A stretch of DNA of 64,000 nucleotides from Sminthopsis crassicaudata (taxonomy: Eukaryota): the NCBI RefSeq assembly GCF_048593235.1, contig NC_133620.1:216444852-216508851 (forward strand). The letters run 5' to 3'. The notes beneath the pieces are model-generated. The model had not been told where the DNA came from. It made no database searches and saw nothing but the letters and a program-made list of their open reading frames with translations. How positions within the stretch are numbered: the stretch's first letter is position 1; the number at the start of each line of letters is the position of its first letter. The translations under genes were made by a program, and so were the position numbers. This document shows positions 36,171-49,600 of this stretch, in pieces.

Positions 36171-37694
36171 TCCTCTCCATTCATTCCCATCCAGCCCTCT
36201 AAATCAAGTGACTTAATCTGGTAAAGTGATCAAATGTGATAGCATGACACTTTTAAAAATAACATAACCTAATACTGAACAATTGTTTAATTGTCCCTGA
36301 AAGGCCAACATAATCTAATGGGGAGGAAATCTAACCCGGAGAAGGGAATATCTAATTATTTTCCCTTTACATTTAATCTTGTTCTTTTCTCCAAACTATC
36401 TCATTGGTGGTTAATTTAAAGTAAAAGATATCCATAATCTGACTTCCTGGAACTGTGTAAGCATACAAAGGCTGTTTTTTTTTTTTTTTCTTTTCCTAAT
36501 GCATTCTAGATATTCATGAAAATTATAGGGAAATAAGATCTCTCTTCACATTGTCTTTATCTATTGTCACTGGAGTGAAATTTCCATCTTGAAGTTATTC
36601 ATCATTCTACATGTATAAGGGAAGCTATTCTAATAACTATAAAAAAGAACATGGGCAAATAAGTATTAAGTAAGTCTCAGGAGTATCTAAGCTCTGTTCT
36701 TATATAAATATTTTAAAATAGGATCATGTATACCTCAGATTTTTCCCCCACATCAGATAGTATAAAGCAATTTGAACTAAAAAATTCTAGCTAGACTAAT
36801 GATATATGTGGTAATGATTCTACATGAAAAGTAACATGACACTTGACATTTTTTTGTTGATTTTTTGCTTTCCAATGATGATCTTTTATTTTAGTTCCAA
36901 AGAAAGATGAAATTTTACATAATTATGTTTATCCTGTCTTCTTGTGGCAACTGCCTTCTCATTTAGATGCATTTATCACTGATTTTTGCTATATTAAGTT
37001 TTTTCTTTCTTTCCCCCTCCTCCCTCTTTGAAATAGAGGGAATGGTTTCTAATTAGCCCTGTGTTTAAAAACATATTTCCTAGGTGTAAAATTAGTTTCA
37101 TTATATAAGTGGGAGTCATGAATTAAGAAAAAATATTAAGAGCAATAAACAAATATAATAAGTCAAACACTAATAGATAATTCACTTGAATTTCAGTTTC
37201 ATGTCCTATAACTTTTATGACAACATCCTGAAACATTTGCAATTTGCCTACAATATTTCAGGAAAAAATAAAATAGAAACATCATTTGATAAGAATCACC
37301 ATGACAACCAGGGTTTTCTGAAATTGTAACCAAATTTGGAAGCATTTGTCAAAACCCAAGAGAATTTGTAATTTTCTTTAAAAAATTTTTAATTTTGCTT
37401 GAGAAAATGTGTAGTGACAGAGCTTTATTCTTTCTCATAACTTGAAACAGAGTTTTATATGTTTTTTTGTGTGAAAGGAAGTATAATGATATATGTAGAT
37501 ATTGGTTGGTTGTCCTTTGTGCTCAAAGATGACCAAAATGATATTACTATGTCAATTCAAGGTGCAGTGCATCCACTTGTGACCAATTAGACCAATACAA
37601 GCTCGAAAGCCTATTTGATGAGTCAAGCACAAATGGTTTATACGGACATTTGGAGTAGAGAAGTCTCTAAACTGGATGGTCTCATATATCTCTT

Positions 37695-39355
37695 CTTATT
37701 TTTATTTCTTTTTTTTAATTTATTTTTTAACACACATTGCTTTATGAATCAAATTGGGAGATAAAAATCAGAGCAAAATTTAAAAAACAGAAAAAAAAAA
37801 AAAAGAAATGAACATAGCATATGTTGATTTACATTCAGTTTCCTTAGATCTTTTTCTGGTTGCAGATGGCATTTTCTGTTCAGAGTCTATTGGTATAGTT
37901 TTGGATTATTGAACCATTAAGAAAAACCAACTTTTTCATAGGTGATAATTGCACATTCTTGCTATTATTGTATATAATGTATTCCTGGTTCTGCTTATTT
38001 TGCTCAATATCAGTTCATGTAAAATTTCAGCTTGTTCATCATTTTTTATAGAACAATAATATTCCATTACCTTCGTGTACCATAAAAATCTACTCATTTT
38101 TCAATTCTTTGCTACTACAAAAAGAACTGCTACAAACATTTTTCCATATGTGGGTTCTTTTCCCTCCTTTATGATTTCCTTGGAATATGACTCAATAATG
38201 GCACTTCTGGGTCAAGGCATATGCACAGTTTTATAGCCTTTTAGCCATAGTTTCAGGTTGCTCTCCAGAATAGTTGGATAATTTCACAACTCCACCAACA
38301 ATGCATAGGTGTCACAGTTTTCCCACATACCCCTCCAACATTTATCATTATCTTTTCCTGTCATCTTATCCAATCTGAGAGGTATGATGTAGTACTTTAA
38401 AGTTGTTTTAATTGCATTTCTCTAATCAATAGTGATTTAGAACATTTTTTCATATGATTATAGATGGCTTAAATTTCAGCATCTGAAAATTGTCTGTTCA
38501 CATCCTTTGACCATCTATCAACTGAGGAATACCTTTTATTGTTATACATTTGACACAGTTCTTTACATATTTTAGAAATGAGACCTTTATCAAAAATAGG
38601 CTGTAAATATTTTTTCTCAGTTTTGTATTTCCCTTTTAATGTTGTTTCAGTTGGGTTTGTTTGTGCAAAACCTTTTTAATTTAATATAATCAAAGTTTTC
38701 CATTGTGCCTTTCATAATGTTCTCTAGTTCTTCATAAGATCTAATAGGTAAATTATTCCTAGTTCTTCTAATTTGTTTATGGTATCATCCTTTACGTCCA
38801 AATCATATATGCATTTTGACCTCATATTGATATGTGGTGTGAGATGTAGGTCTATGCCTAGTTTCTGACATTATTTTCCAGTTTTACCAGCAATTTTTGT
38901 CAAATAGTGAGTTCTTACTCCAGAAGTTGGAGTTTGGGGGTTTACCAAATACCACATTGCAAAAGGCCTTGGTTATTGTGTCATGGGTATCTATCTAATC
39001 TGTTCCACTGATCCACCACTCTAATTCTTAGCCAGTATCAAATGATTTTGATTACTGCTGCTTTATAATAAAGTTTTAGGTTTGTTACTACCAAGCCACC
39101 ATTCTTTGTAATTTTTTTCATTAATTCCTTTGATATTCTATAAAATAATATTTTGGGAATTTGGCACTGATCAAATCTATTTAGGCAGAATTATCATTTT
39201 TATTGTATTAACTCAGCCCAGCCATGGACAATTGATATTTTTCCAATTGTATAGATTTGACTTTGTGTGAAAAGGGTTTTGTAATTGTGTTCATATAGTT
39301 CTTTGGTTTGTCTTGGTGGGTAGAACACCAAGTATTTTATTTTGTCTACAGTAAT
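37695..39355 (-). mobile_element. 5'-truncated L1, copy 2, nested in RTE
   Basis: Colinear with copy 1. Decayed TSD tcatatatctctt / tcatttttctttt. Confidence 0.9.
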
Positions 39356-39651
39356 GATGGTGTCATTTTTCTTTTGAGCTACTATAATCCTGCTTTAGCT
39401 ACAGACCATAATTACTCTTTTGATATAGGCATTCCACACTGTGCGGTCCTGAGCGGTGTCTCTTATGTCTCCCAACCAATTCCAACAATCTTCAGGAGAA
39501 CCTTGATAGTGTCCTTGTGTCACTTCTGGCATCCATGTCAGTGCTTTGCTTGTGTGAGTTATCAGGAAAGCAGTATTTTTAGGCAAACACATGTTGGGCA
39601 TTTAAACAATGTGGCCAGACCAGTGGAGCTGTACTTTCAACAATGCAATAT

Positions 39652-39797
39652 TATTTTCTGGGTGAAGTAATTGAGGTCAAGTGACTTGCCCAGGGTTTCA
39701 TAACTAATAAGTGTTAAAATTTGAGGCCTATTTTGAACTTAGACCCTACTGACTCCAGGGCTGATACTCTTTGTATTGTACCTTTTAGCTGCCCCTC
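39652..39797 (-). mobile_element. Older WSINE1-type SINE nested in RTE
   Basis: gtcaagtgacttgcccaggg...tttgaactt...tagctgcccc. TSD tgcaatat at 39644-39651 / 39798-39805. Confidence 0.8.
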
Positions 39798-42601
39798 TGC
39801 AATATAGTTGGAATTTTTGGCAGTTCAGCTTGAGAAACTATTAGTGTCTGGTTCCTTATCTTACCAAGTGATCTTTAAATGGTGCTGAACTTGCTCCTAA
39901 AATGGGTGCATCAACTTCATTGTCAGTGTGTATATCCCTGGAAAATATATTTCCAAAGCAAGTAAACATATGTGCAGCATTTTTCTATTCGCTGTAAGTA
40001 ATGGTTCTATATGTGGGATAGTGTGATTCTGACTGGTGGAGAACCTTTATTTTCTTGGTGGTGTTAGACCAAAATTAACACAAGTGCAAAGAATCAGTTT
40101 ATATTCTGATGCATTTCAGCCTCATTCAGAGGCATTTCAGAGGTTCCATTGAGTGCTCAATCAACTGTGAACAAAAGATTGTAGATCAACTTTCCTTCTG
40201 CTTTAGTCTTGGCTTGCAGTCTTTTCAAGTTAAATAATTTACCATCAGTGTTGTTGATAACTTTGAAGCTGTTTTTATTCTTACTGAAAGTATCTGACAA
40301 TATTGTTGAAAATTTCCTGCTAAAAACCATGGGAACAAGCACACAGCTCTGTTTCACTCCATTGGTGACTGGGAAAGTCTAAGAGTATCATCTATTATTC
40401 AGTTTAAGCATGCCATCATGAAACTTACATGTATGTGTATATAAGAATATAATGGCATATAAATATACAAATATATAAACATAGACATATTTTTCTACAA
40501 ATAATATAGATGGAGCTTGTCTCTCATGAATAATATAAAATCTACTGATGGTGATTGTGTTCTTGTCTCTTTGTCTTCTGCTACTGTGGACTCCTCCCTA
40601 TTAGTTATGGTGATATTTATCAGCTTTAAAACTGCACCAGATGCCAGTGTTGCCTTTTTTTTCTCACTTGTGCACTAATTTAGGATCTGGTTACTTGATA
40701 GCCTAAACCTCATAGGATAGGAAGCATGACTAAGTAGAGATTCCAGCTAAATTTTTGCTTGAGGGTAAAGCAATCTTCAGCTTGCAAATACCTATTATAT
40801 AAGAGTCCTGATAGAGGGGGCTAAAATGGGGGCTTCATGTTAATATGCCCATCTGTGGAATCACAAGTTTCAGCTTAGGCAGCTGTCTACAAAACAACCT
40901 AAAACAGTCCCCACTCCACTTGGAATATGTTTATAAAAAGACCATTATGTGAAAACTATCTTTTATTTTTCCTTCCAAATTACTAAGTAAACTGAAACAG
41001 TTGCCAGTGTCTTGCAATTTTTCATAGAACTTTAGAAGCATCTATAATGGATGGAAGTGGGGAGGGGGGGAAGAATTTCTGGTGAAGAATATTCATCTTA
41101 ATTACGTTAATCCTTCCCAGCTATGAAATGGGAAGTTGAGATCATCCCTCTGGATCACCATGGATATGTTGATTATTGCCATAAAATTGTTTTTATGAAA
41201 CTTGAACACATTAGGAGGTTCCTTCGGGTTTGTCAGGGATTCATGAAGCGGGAACATATTTCCCTATGGGTCTCTCTATAACATGGTACAATACCAAAAG
41301 CTAAGATTTTTAAAGTTTTCTAAATGTTATTACAGGGTTATAAGTGAATAGGTTAGCGAGTACCTCTAACTCTACACTAGACATGGTTTTTCTTTGTGAA
41401 AAGTTCTCAGCTATTCCCATTTAACACTTTTATGGAGCAACAACTTTCAGTCATAGAATAAAAACACTTTGTACTTTCTGCGCACAAAAGATTATCGAGA
41501 ATTATTTTAAGGTTCACTTTTGCATAACCCATATGAGATAAGTAAATATGTTTAGCTTCATTTTACATGGGATTAAATTAAATCAAAAGAAGGCTAAGTG
41601 AGTTCTGAAGACTATCCTGAAAATAAGTGCTAATCTTATTAACTGAAATATAGAAGCATCTCCAATATACCTCTGCTTTAAAATAAATAACAACAGAAAG
41701 CCAACACAATTTCCTGAATATTCATATGCTTTTTTGGAAAATATTTCATTTTTATTATATATTACATTTATTGGCTACTATCAACCTGGATCACCAGGGA
41801 AGTGCAATTTTTCTAAAATCCCTAAGTCATCACACGGTATTGTAAATAGCATTTGATTATTTTATTCAATTCTGATTATACTTTTGTACCTACTCTTAAG
41901 GCAACCTTCAGGAGAACTGAAGTCCTACACCAAACAAAAAATATTAAGATAGAAACATTCTCAAGTAACATCTGAACTTTTTACTTTCTATCAAAACATT
42001 TGGTGCCATTTAGACATAGCTGGTGTTATGCCATGATTTAGTGGGAAGATGAACATTATTCAGTAGTTGACTCTGTTTTCAGAATACATTCTTAGACTTA
42101 ATAAATCCAAAACATTATTTAATCATCACCAACTGTACATTAATCCAGGCACTTGTTTTCTTTCCCTTCAAAAAAAAAAAAAAATAGAAACTGAACCGTA
42201 AGAAAAATCTTGTCAAAAGAAAAATACTGAAATGACGCAATAAACCAAATTAAAGTTTTCATCCTATGGTCTTCTTGTGATGAAATTTGTTTCAAAGTGG
42301 ATTGAAATCCATAGGAAATCTTTAATGTTTTACAGGAATAATATCCATGTGAAATCAATGCCAAACAATATGTTTTGCTTTTTTAGATAATCCAAGATTA
42401 GGAAAAGAGAGATCTGATTGAGACTGATCTGGTGATACATTGCCTAATAAAATTATTTACTTCCTTCAGTACTCAAATCAAGCATCACCTGAAGCATTTT
42501 TTGATGCTCCCATGTTAGTACCTTCCCTCCAAAACTATTTTATAATTGACTGTCTTATATTTATTTTGTATTCAATCTGCATATATTTTTTTCTGTATAT
42601 G

Positions 42602-42604
<3 letters not shown>

Positions 42605-42640
<36 letters not shown>
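42605..42640. repeat. (AC)18 microsatellite within an L2 fragment (~42450-42780)
   Basis: Read directly; flanks are L2 3'-like. Confidence 0.9.
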
Positions 42641-42647
<7 letters not shown>

Positions 42648-42890
42648 ATTTCTTCCCATAGACTGCAAACTCTAATAGGGTAGGAATTGTTTTATTTTTG
42701 TTATCTTAGAGCCAGTGCCTAAAACAGTACCTGATGCAAATTACATGCTTAAGAAATTCTTGTTAATTAGTTATTTCTTTAGATTCACAACAATAAAATA
42801 TAGAATGACCTAGAAAGATATTGAGATATACTAAAATAAATAAATAAATAAATTCTCTATTTACTTATGTGGCTAAAAATTCTACTTAAT

Positions 42891-43045
42891 TTTTTTTTTC
42901 TTGTAAGGTAATTGGGATTAAGTTACTAAATTAAGTATCAGGATCACATGGCTAGTTAAGTGTCAAACATCTGGGGGCAGATTTGAATTCTAATTCTCCT
43001 GACTCCAAGGCTGGTGTTCTATGCACTGTGCTACCTAGCTACCCC
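42891..43045 (-). mobile_element. WSINE1-type SINE
   Basis: T tail...gatttgaattc...ctcctgactccaaggctggtgttctatgcactgtgctacctagctacccc. Confidence 0.8.
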
Positions 43046-43194
43046 TATTTAACTTTTCAATACCTTATTTTCTTTTTTTCTAAAATAATAGTGTAAATTG
43101 TCCTCTAATTGTCCTCTCCCAAGAGATTGTTAATTGGGATAAATTCATGTATATCTTTAAGTGGCCATTTCAATTTCTAAAAATACAAATTAGC

Positions 43195-43490
43195 TTCATT
43201 TTCCAAATGATAAATGGTCAAATGATATGAACAATTTTCAGATAACTAAATTAGAACCATCTATGGTTATATAAAAAAATGCTCTAATCACTATTAATTA
43301 GAGAAATGCAAATTAAAACAAGTACCACTGAAGTACCACTTCATATCTCTCATATTGACTAATATAACAGGAAAAGATAATGATAAATGTTGAAGGAGAT
43401 ATGGGAAAACTGGGACACTAATACATTGTTGGTGGAATTATGAAATTATCTAACCATTCTGAAGAGTAATTTGGAATCATTATGTAATCA
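43195..43490 (+). mobile_element. L1 ORF2 internal fragment
   Basis: tgataaatggtcaaatgatatgaacaattttcag...agagaaatgcaaattaaaac...gggacactaatacattgttggtggaa, colinear with 60380-60660. Confidence 0.85.
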
Positions 43491-43876
43491 CATTGTGCCT
43501 TCCTGATTTAAAAGTGTGTAATCATCATTCTAAGTAACCAAAGAAAAGTGCTTACAAAATTTTAAAACTTGAAGCTAGAGAATGATATGTATGATACTAA
43601 TTGGATACCTACATTTGTTGTGAATAAAAAAATTTATGAATTGAAAAGTGCTATGTAAAAGTATTGCTTATCATGTAAGGAATATAAGACACCCTATAAC
43701 TGAAATGAATATTTAAGTTTCCTCTTTATTCCCCCTTTAAAAGTTCTCTGTGTGCAGATCCTCCCATCATGGAATGGAAACTTTCCACTATGTTTGGCAC
43801 TCCAATATTTCCACTTTTTTTGCCCATGAGCCTTAGCATTTGGCTGACTAACTTTCCCTATTCCACTTCACTTTTC

Positions 43877-44292
43877 TTTTTTTTTTTTTTTATGAATTTT
43901 ATAATTATAAAATTTGACAGTATATATGCATGAGTAATTTTTTTATATCATTATCCCTTTCATTTTTCCAAATTTTCCCCTCCCTCCCTCTACTCCCTCC
44001 CCTAGATGACAGGCAATCCCATACATTTTACATGTGTTACAGTATAACCTAGATACAATATATGTGTGCAAATCCAATTTTCTTGTCGCACGTTAAGTAT
44101 TGGATTCCGAGGGTATAAGTAACCTGGGTAGATAGACAGTAGTGCTAACAATTTACATTCACTTCCCAGTATTCCTTCTCTGGGTGTAATTGTTTCTGTC
44201 CATCATTGATCAACTGGAAGTGAGTTGGATCTTCTTTATGTTGAAGATATCCACTTCCATAAGAATACATCTTCATACAGCATTGTTGTTGA
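43877..44292 (-). mobile_element. Young, heavily 5'-truncated L1 (3' UTR only)
   Basis: Poly(T), polypyrimidine cccctccctccctc tract, perfect 15-bp TSD tccacttcacttttc (43862-43876 / 44293-44307), TT/GAAAA-type target site. Confidence 0.88.
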
Positions 44293-44789
44293 TCCACTTC
44301 ACTTTTCAATGAGATTTCTAACTTTTCTCCCCTCATAGACATCATCTAACACAGGTCGGGGTTGAGGGGTAAGGTGAAGAAGAAGGCATTTGATTTCAAC
44401 AGATGCTTCACACTGATAACAAAATCATCCTCTTTATTCATAGATCTAAGCCATTATGATACTTATGACTTAAGTATTATCTTCAGGACAAATTAAACCT
44501 TTTTTTTTTTAGCTGTACTTCATATTCTTCTCTTTACATAGAGTCTCCTTCAAATGCTGTATGTTCTAGACAACTGGAGTTCTAAATCTTTTTTGATTTT
44601 ACTGTTCTGGTTTGGTTGTTTCATATATCCTGGCCTCTATTACTGAAACATATTCTTCTTTATTATTACTACAATTTATTTTTGTTTTTGTCTTTTTTTT
44701 TCTTCAAGGCTTATTTCAGATGCCATCTCCAGCATGAAACTTTCCCTGATCCTGCCAGCTAAAAGTTTTCTCTTGATCTTTACTTTATT

Positions 44790-45027
44790 ACTATTTCAGT
44801 TGTATTTAAGTCATGTCAAGCTCTTCATGACCTCATTTGAGGTTTTCTTGGCAGAGACAGTGAAGTGGCTTACCATTTTCTTCTCCAGATCATTTTATAA
44901 TTGGGGAAATTGAGGCAAACTGTATTAAGTGACTTTTCCAGAGTCACATAGCTGCTAAATGTCTGAGGTCAGATTTGAACTTCTGATTCTGGGCCTGGTA
45001 TTCTATCTACTATACCACCTACCTGCC
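44790..45027 (-). mobile_element. MAR1-type SINE
   Basis: ttcagttgtatttaagtcatgtc...ggttttcttggcagagac...tcattttataattggggaaattgaggc...gatttgaact. Confidence 0.8.
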
Positions 45028-45109
45028 CATCTTTTCATTTACTTATCTTTTTATCATCTTTTCATTATCTAAAAATGAAGAAACTGACCATAATCTCTTC
45101 TAATAATAA

Positions 45110-45350
45110 CATAATAATAGTTATCATTTATATAACACCAATCTGGCAGAGGCTAAATGCTTTACAATATTGTCTCATTGGATCCTTACAACTCAGTAAT
45201 GTAGATGTTATATTTATCCTCATTTTATAGTTGAAGAAACTGAAGCAAACAGATAAAGTGACTACCTAAGATCATACAGCTAGAAAGAAGCTGAGCAATA
45301 TTTGAACTCAGGTCTTCCTATCTTTGATCTCTGTATCACCTTACCTATCT
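45110..45350 (-). mobile_element. MIR SINE
   Basis: ctcattggatccttacaac...cctcattttatagttgaagaaactgaagc...atttgaactcaggtctt. Confidence 0.75.
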
Positions 45351-45427
45351 TGTGGCATGGTAATTTTATGACACTATTTTCCTACAACTTCAATAAACTT
45401 TGTCTTTTGTTGGCAGTAACTATGTGT

Positions 45428-45458
<31 letters not shown>

Positions 45459-45574
45459 TAGATATAGATATATATAGATATAGATATATCTTGTTAGACC
45501 CAGTGGCAGGTACATAAGTATATAAGTATATCTATGCAACATATATGAATATTTTTGTACATATAGAAGCATAG

Positions 45575-45615
<41 letters not shown>

Positions 45616-45720
45616 GTTGTGCTTTATGTACACATATATGCATATCCATATCCACCATGGGCAATGTGTATATTATATTGTAATAAGTGTAGATATATGC
45701 ATATAAATGTAATATATATG

Positions 45721-45745
<25 letters not shown>
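45428..45745. repeat. (GATA)n, (TA)n and TA-rich low-complexity cluster
   Basis: Read directly. Confidence 0.9.
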
Positions 45746-45751
<6 letters not shown>

Positions 45752-46499
45752 TATATAGTAGATTTGTGATTTCAATGGTATAGGGAAGAGTTTCTTAAAT
45801 TATTTCCATTTATAACCCCTCTAGAGTATAGGGAATTCTTTATAAAAAGGCAAACAATACCAATGCAGATCTATAATCATTGGGTAATGAATAGAATCTA
45901 AGTGAATTTCGTGGGAAATGTTATTTGACTAAAGGAGGGTCACACATCCTGTTTAGAGTTGGACAGTTCATATGAATCCATGTCTTCCTATTTCTAAAAT
46001 GAGTTCTCTATACTATGTTGCTTTTCTCCAGTTACAGAGGAAGCACTCAATAAAAAAAAATGTTAACTTTAATCAAACTGACGTCCCTAATCCCCTTTAC
46101 TTATTTCCTTCTCTTTGGATATCTAATTTGAGTATATTCATTAATCAGTCATTATAGTTGGCTCTTTCTTTTGGGTAAAGGATAACTCTTCCAGGTTCTA
46201 ACTTAGATTCATATCTGTGCTCTATTTCTTTTGCTAGGTGTTTCTTTTTTTAGGTTTAGGCTGCCACTTTAAGTTGAGTATGTTGTAGGATGATCAGAGC
46301 ACAGATTTAGAACTGGAAAAGACCTTAGAGGTCATCAAGTATAATTCCCTCATTTAATAGATGAGAAAACTGATTTCCAAAGAAGTTAAATGACTGTCTT
46401 GTGGTGGTATTTGTCAGGAAATGTCAATGCCACCTTCTATAAGTATTCACCCTTGGCTAAGCCCCAAGTCCATTTCTGACCTAAGATAATTGATAAAGT

Positions 46500-46670
46500 T
46501 GAAGTGACAAGTCGATGCTAATCCTTGACTCTGTCATTTACTAACCGTGTGACCTTGGGAAATGTGCTTATGCTCTCGAAGACTCAGTTTCCTCATTTGT
46601 AAAATGAGAGGATTGGTCTAGAAGGATATTTACTAATTTCAGCAATACTATAAATCTATGATCCTATAAG
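46500..46670 (+). mobile_element. MIR/MIR3 SINE
   Basis: gtgtgaccttggga...ctcagtttcctcatttgtaaaatgagagg...ctatgatcctat. Confidence 0.75.
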
Positions 46671-49600
46671 ATTCCCCTTTTATGACTATGGTTCTATGCT
46701 AGGACTGTCCACATGCTATAGTTTCCTAGATATCATCACCCCTAGATTACACTGATGTAGGCTACCTAGAATTCAAATGCCTTCCTCAGGACTGGAGAGG
46801 AAGAGAATTATTTCTTAGAGTTCCATTCATTATAGATTTCCTTCAATTATTTAAAAGTTCCATACTGTTATGGCCTATACCCTCCCCTCCACCTTAATAG
46901 AAGTTACTTCAGGAGTTGCAGTGGCCAAAAAAAAAATTCATCTGGTGGCCAACCTTCTGGTAATGAGCTTTCCAAACTTAGCCAGACTCACACTTAGGCG
47001 ACAGACACACAGTCTGTCACTGGACCCAGACTCAAAGATTTTGCAGCTCACACTGGAAAGTTTGCCAAAGCTTGCATTCCTCTGGCAAAGGCTTCAAGAA
47101 CACAGCATTACCCTCATACTAAAGGGAGGGGAGGAAGCTCCAAAGAATGGCTTTCCTGGAGGCATTGTATACTTACAATAGGGAAAAATATTTTATCTGA
47201 ACAACCTTCTTCAGTAAAGGTAGGTCATGACAGCTCAAGAACTACAATTATGACATCTTCTGCATCTATATGTAAAAATCTTGAAAACTAGAGTGATTTT
47301 CCCCAGCTTTAATGTTCCTATCTTTATATCTAAAGTAAAAGTTGTAATTCTTTTAAGTTTCTCCCTGCCCTCTTGCCTCCTTCCTCCCCCTCACCTCCCA
47401 CACACGTTTCCTATTAACTTGAATATACTGGCCTGTTTCCAGATATCTTTACCCTGGAACACCTGTACAATCTGTTAAAGTATCTTTTGGTAGAAGACTA
47501 AAGTAGCATATAAATTAAGGGCTGAAATGTTCAATTCTTGCTTTGCTATCATGGTCACCTGTTAAGAATTGCTTCTGTTAGAAGTGACATCTGCTCCCTG
47601 TACCCCTCCCCTCAGCCCCCTTACACACTCCTACCAAACAGCTGAATTCAATAACTTTCTCTGGCAGGTCTCCTGGGTGCCCCTTTTCAAGAATAGGTTC
47701 TTTCTGCTGGGTAGGAGGTCCAAAGAGGATTGTTCTCCATGTTTCATTATTATCCAAAATTTTTGGTATTCCTTGTCTTTGTTCATGTCATCTCTCATGG
47801 CTGAAATCTCTCCTATCCAAGTCTCCATCTGTTGAAGTCTCTTCCTTCCAGGTTCATCTTAAATGCCTTTTCTCTTGATCTGAGACTTTCTGTTTTCAGT
47901 TGAAATTATCTGTTTCTTCTTAGTTTTAGTTTAGTTTAGAACATTTAGGACACATTTCAGTACTTATTTTAGTGCTTTTTGTGTAATATTTTGGTGAATT
48001 TTACTATCATGGATACTTTCTTTAACAAACATAGTTAATAACCTCCTCCTGTGCAATTATCAATCACATTTCCATGTAATTTCTCCATAGAAAGTCCATC
48101 CAGCTCTCTTCCAACTAATTCATTTACTACTGATTAGATGTAACTCTGAAACTGTCTTTTATCTCTCTTTCTGGTTATATGTCTGACCTATTTCATTTCC
48201 TATTTTTTGCTTTTTATATCATCTCTGCATATCAATATCATTGGGAGTATATCATAGTCTCCTTACACCCACTATAAGTGTTTTCACTCCTTTGAAACTT
48301 CCTCTGAGATTATAGTCCACAGAGTGGCACTTAAATATTTTTTGAATGTCTGATGTTTTGAATGAAGACAATGAGGTGTGAAGAGACAGCAGTTAACTTG
48401 ATAGTGAAAACTTTCTATCAGCATCTTCATCTATTTTTATCTTGCTTATTTCTGGTGTCTAATGATCTGATTTCTGACTACCCACCCAAACTTGCATCAC
48501 ACTCCCTTACTGGTCATTAGCAGGCTTCACTTTGCTATTTAAAGTTAGTCACAAATTTTGACTCATGATTTCGTTTATTTTCAATTGTATGTACTCCATT
48601 TGGGATTGGTTTCTCTATTCCTAATTTCTACAATAATTTTGATTCCAGGTTCTCTTTCTTCTGTGTTTCTACTTCTTTCTGATTGTCTTTCTTTCCTCTC
48701 CCCAACTCTTGTCTTTTTTATTTATCCCTTCCCACTTCGAGATATTCACCATTCTGGTGCCAGACTTACTGATATAAATCAAAATACCTTCCAAAATATC
48801 TGTCTTTCAGGTAATTCAGACTTTTATCATAGCTTCTTCATCATCTGCCATTTTAATAACTCTTCAGAGTTGCTTGTCCCCTACCATCATTTATACCATG
48901 GTATAAAATCATGCAAATACAGTTATCTGGTGTCTGATTATTTGACAATAATCAGGCATAAAAACCCCACTAAATTTGAAATTAAAGGAACTTATTTCAA
49001 ATCTCAGTTCAACCATTATGTCTTGGAAAAATATTTATTTATCAATTTTGGATTTACAAATGATATCTTATTTTATCCTTATTCTGATCTTGGGAAGTAA
49101 GTGCTATTATTATCTCCATTTTGCGGATGAGGAAAATAAATAAATAAATAAATAAATAAAAAGCTAAGTGATTTGCCTAGACTCACATAGCTAAAAAGTG
49201 TCTGAGACAGGATTTGAATTCAAATGTTCCTTATAATATGAACAAATCAATCAATTGCTTTACTTTAATTTTCTTATCTTTAACATAGGAAATGGCAGAA
49301 AAAGTGATTTCTAAGATTCCTTCTAACTCTAAATCCAATATTCAGGTTAAAAAAATAGACTATATTTATGTTGATCATTCACAGCACCATGGAATATCAG
49401 AACTAGAAAATACTTCAGATGGCATCCATTCCACTTACACTTAAGACAATAATTATCATTATCACATTTTAGACAAGGGCTTGTCCAATTTTTGTTTAAA
49501 GTCTTCAGTGAGAGGAAAAGCCACCACATCCCAAGAATATCATTTTTAGATTTGCAGCATTTTTTTTTCTTAAATTAAGCTCAAAATAAGCCTGTCTGCA

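Larger units (their letters stand above)
37503..40380 (-). mobile_element. RTE-clade LINE (BovB-like), 5'-truncated, split by an L1 and a SINE
   Basis: 3' end tggttggttgtcctttgtgctcaaag... at 37503, resuming at 39362 and 39798. ORF 40157-40357 gives KQSCVLVPMVFS...TDGKLFNLKRLQAKTK...LLFTVD, a degraded RTE reverse transcriptase (cf. KQGCVLAP...LLFADD). Confidence 0.88.

Noticed and set aside
42232-42241. ATGACGCAAT C/EBP-ATF composite site
   Set aside because: Single isolated motif with no other support.
47560-49100. 180-aa ORF (48558-49100) and neighbouring ORFs as a gene or endogenous viral element
   Set aside because: TTG start, low-complexity L/F/S/I composition caused by a pyrimidine-rich strand, and no borna-, filo-, parvo- or retroviral motifs recognised in the frames I read. 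A TBLASTN/HMM search would be needed to exclude a very degraded element.
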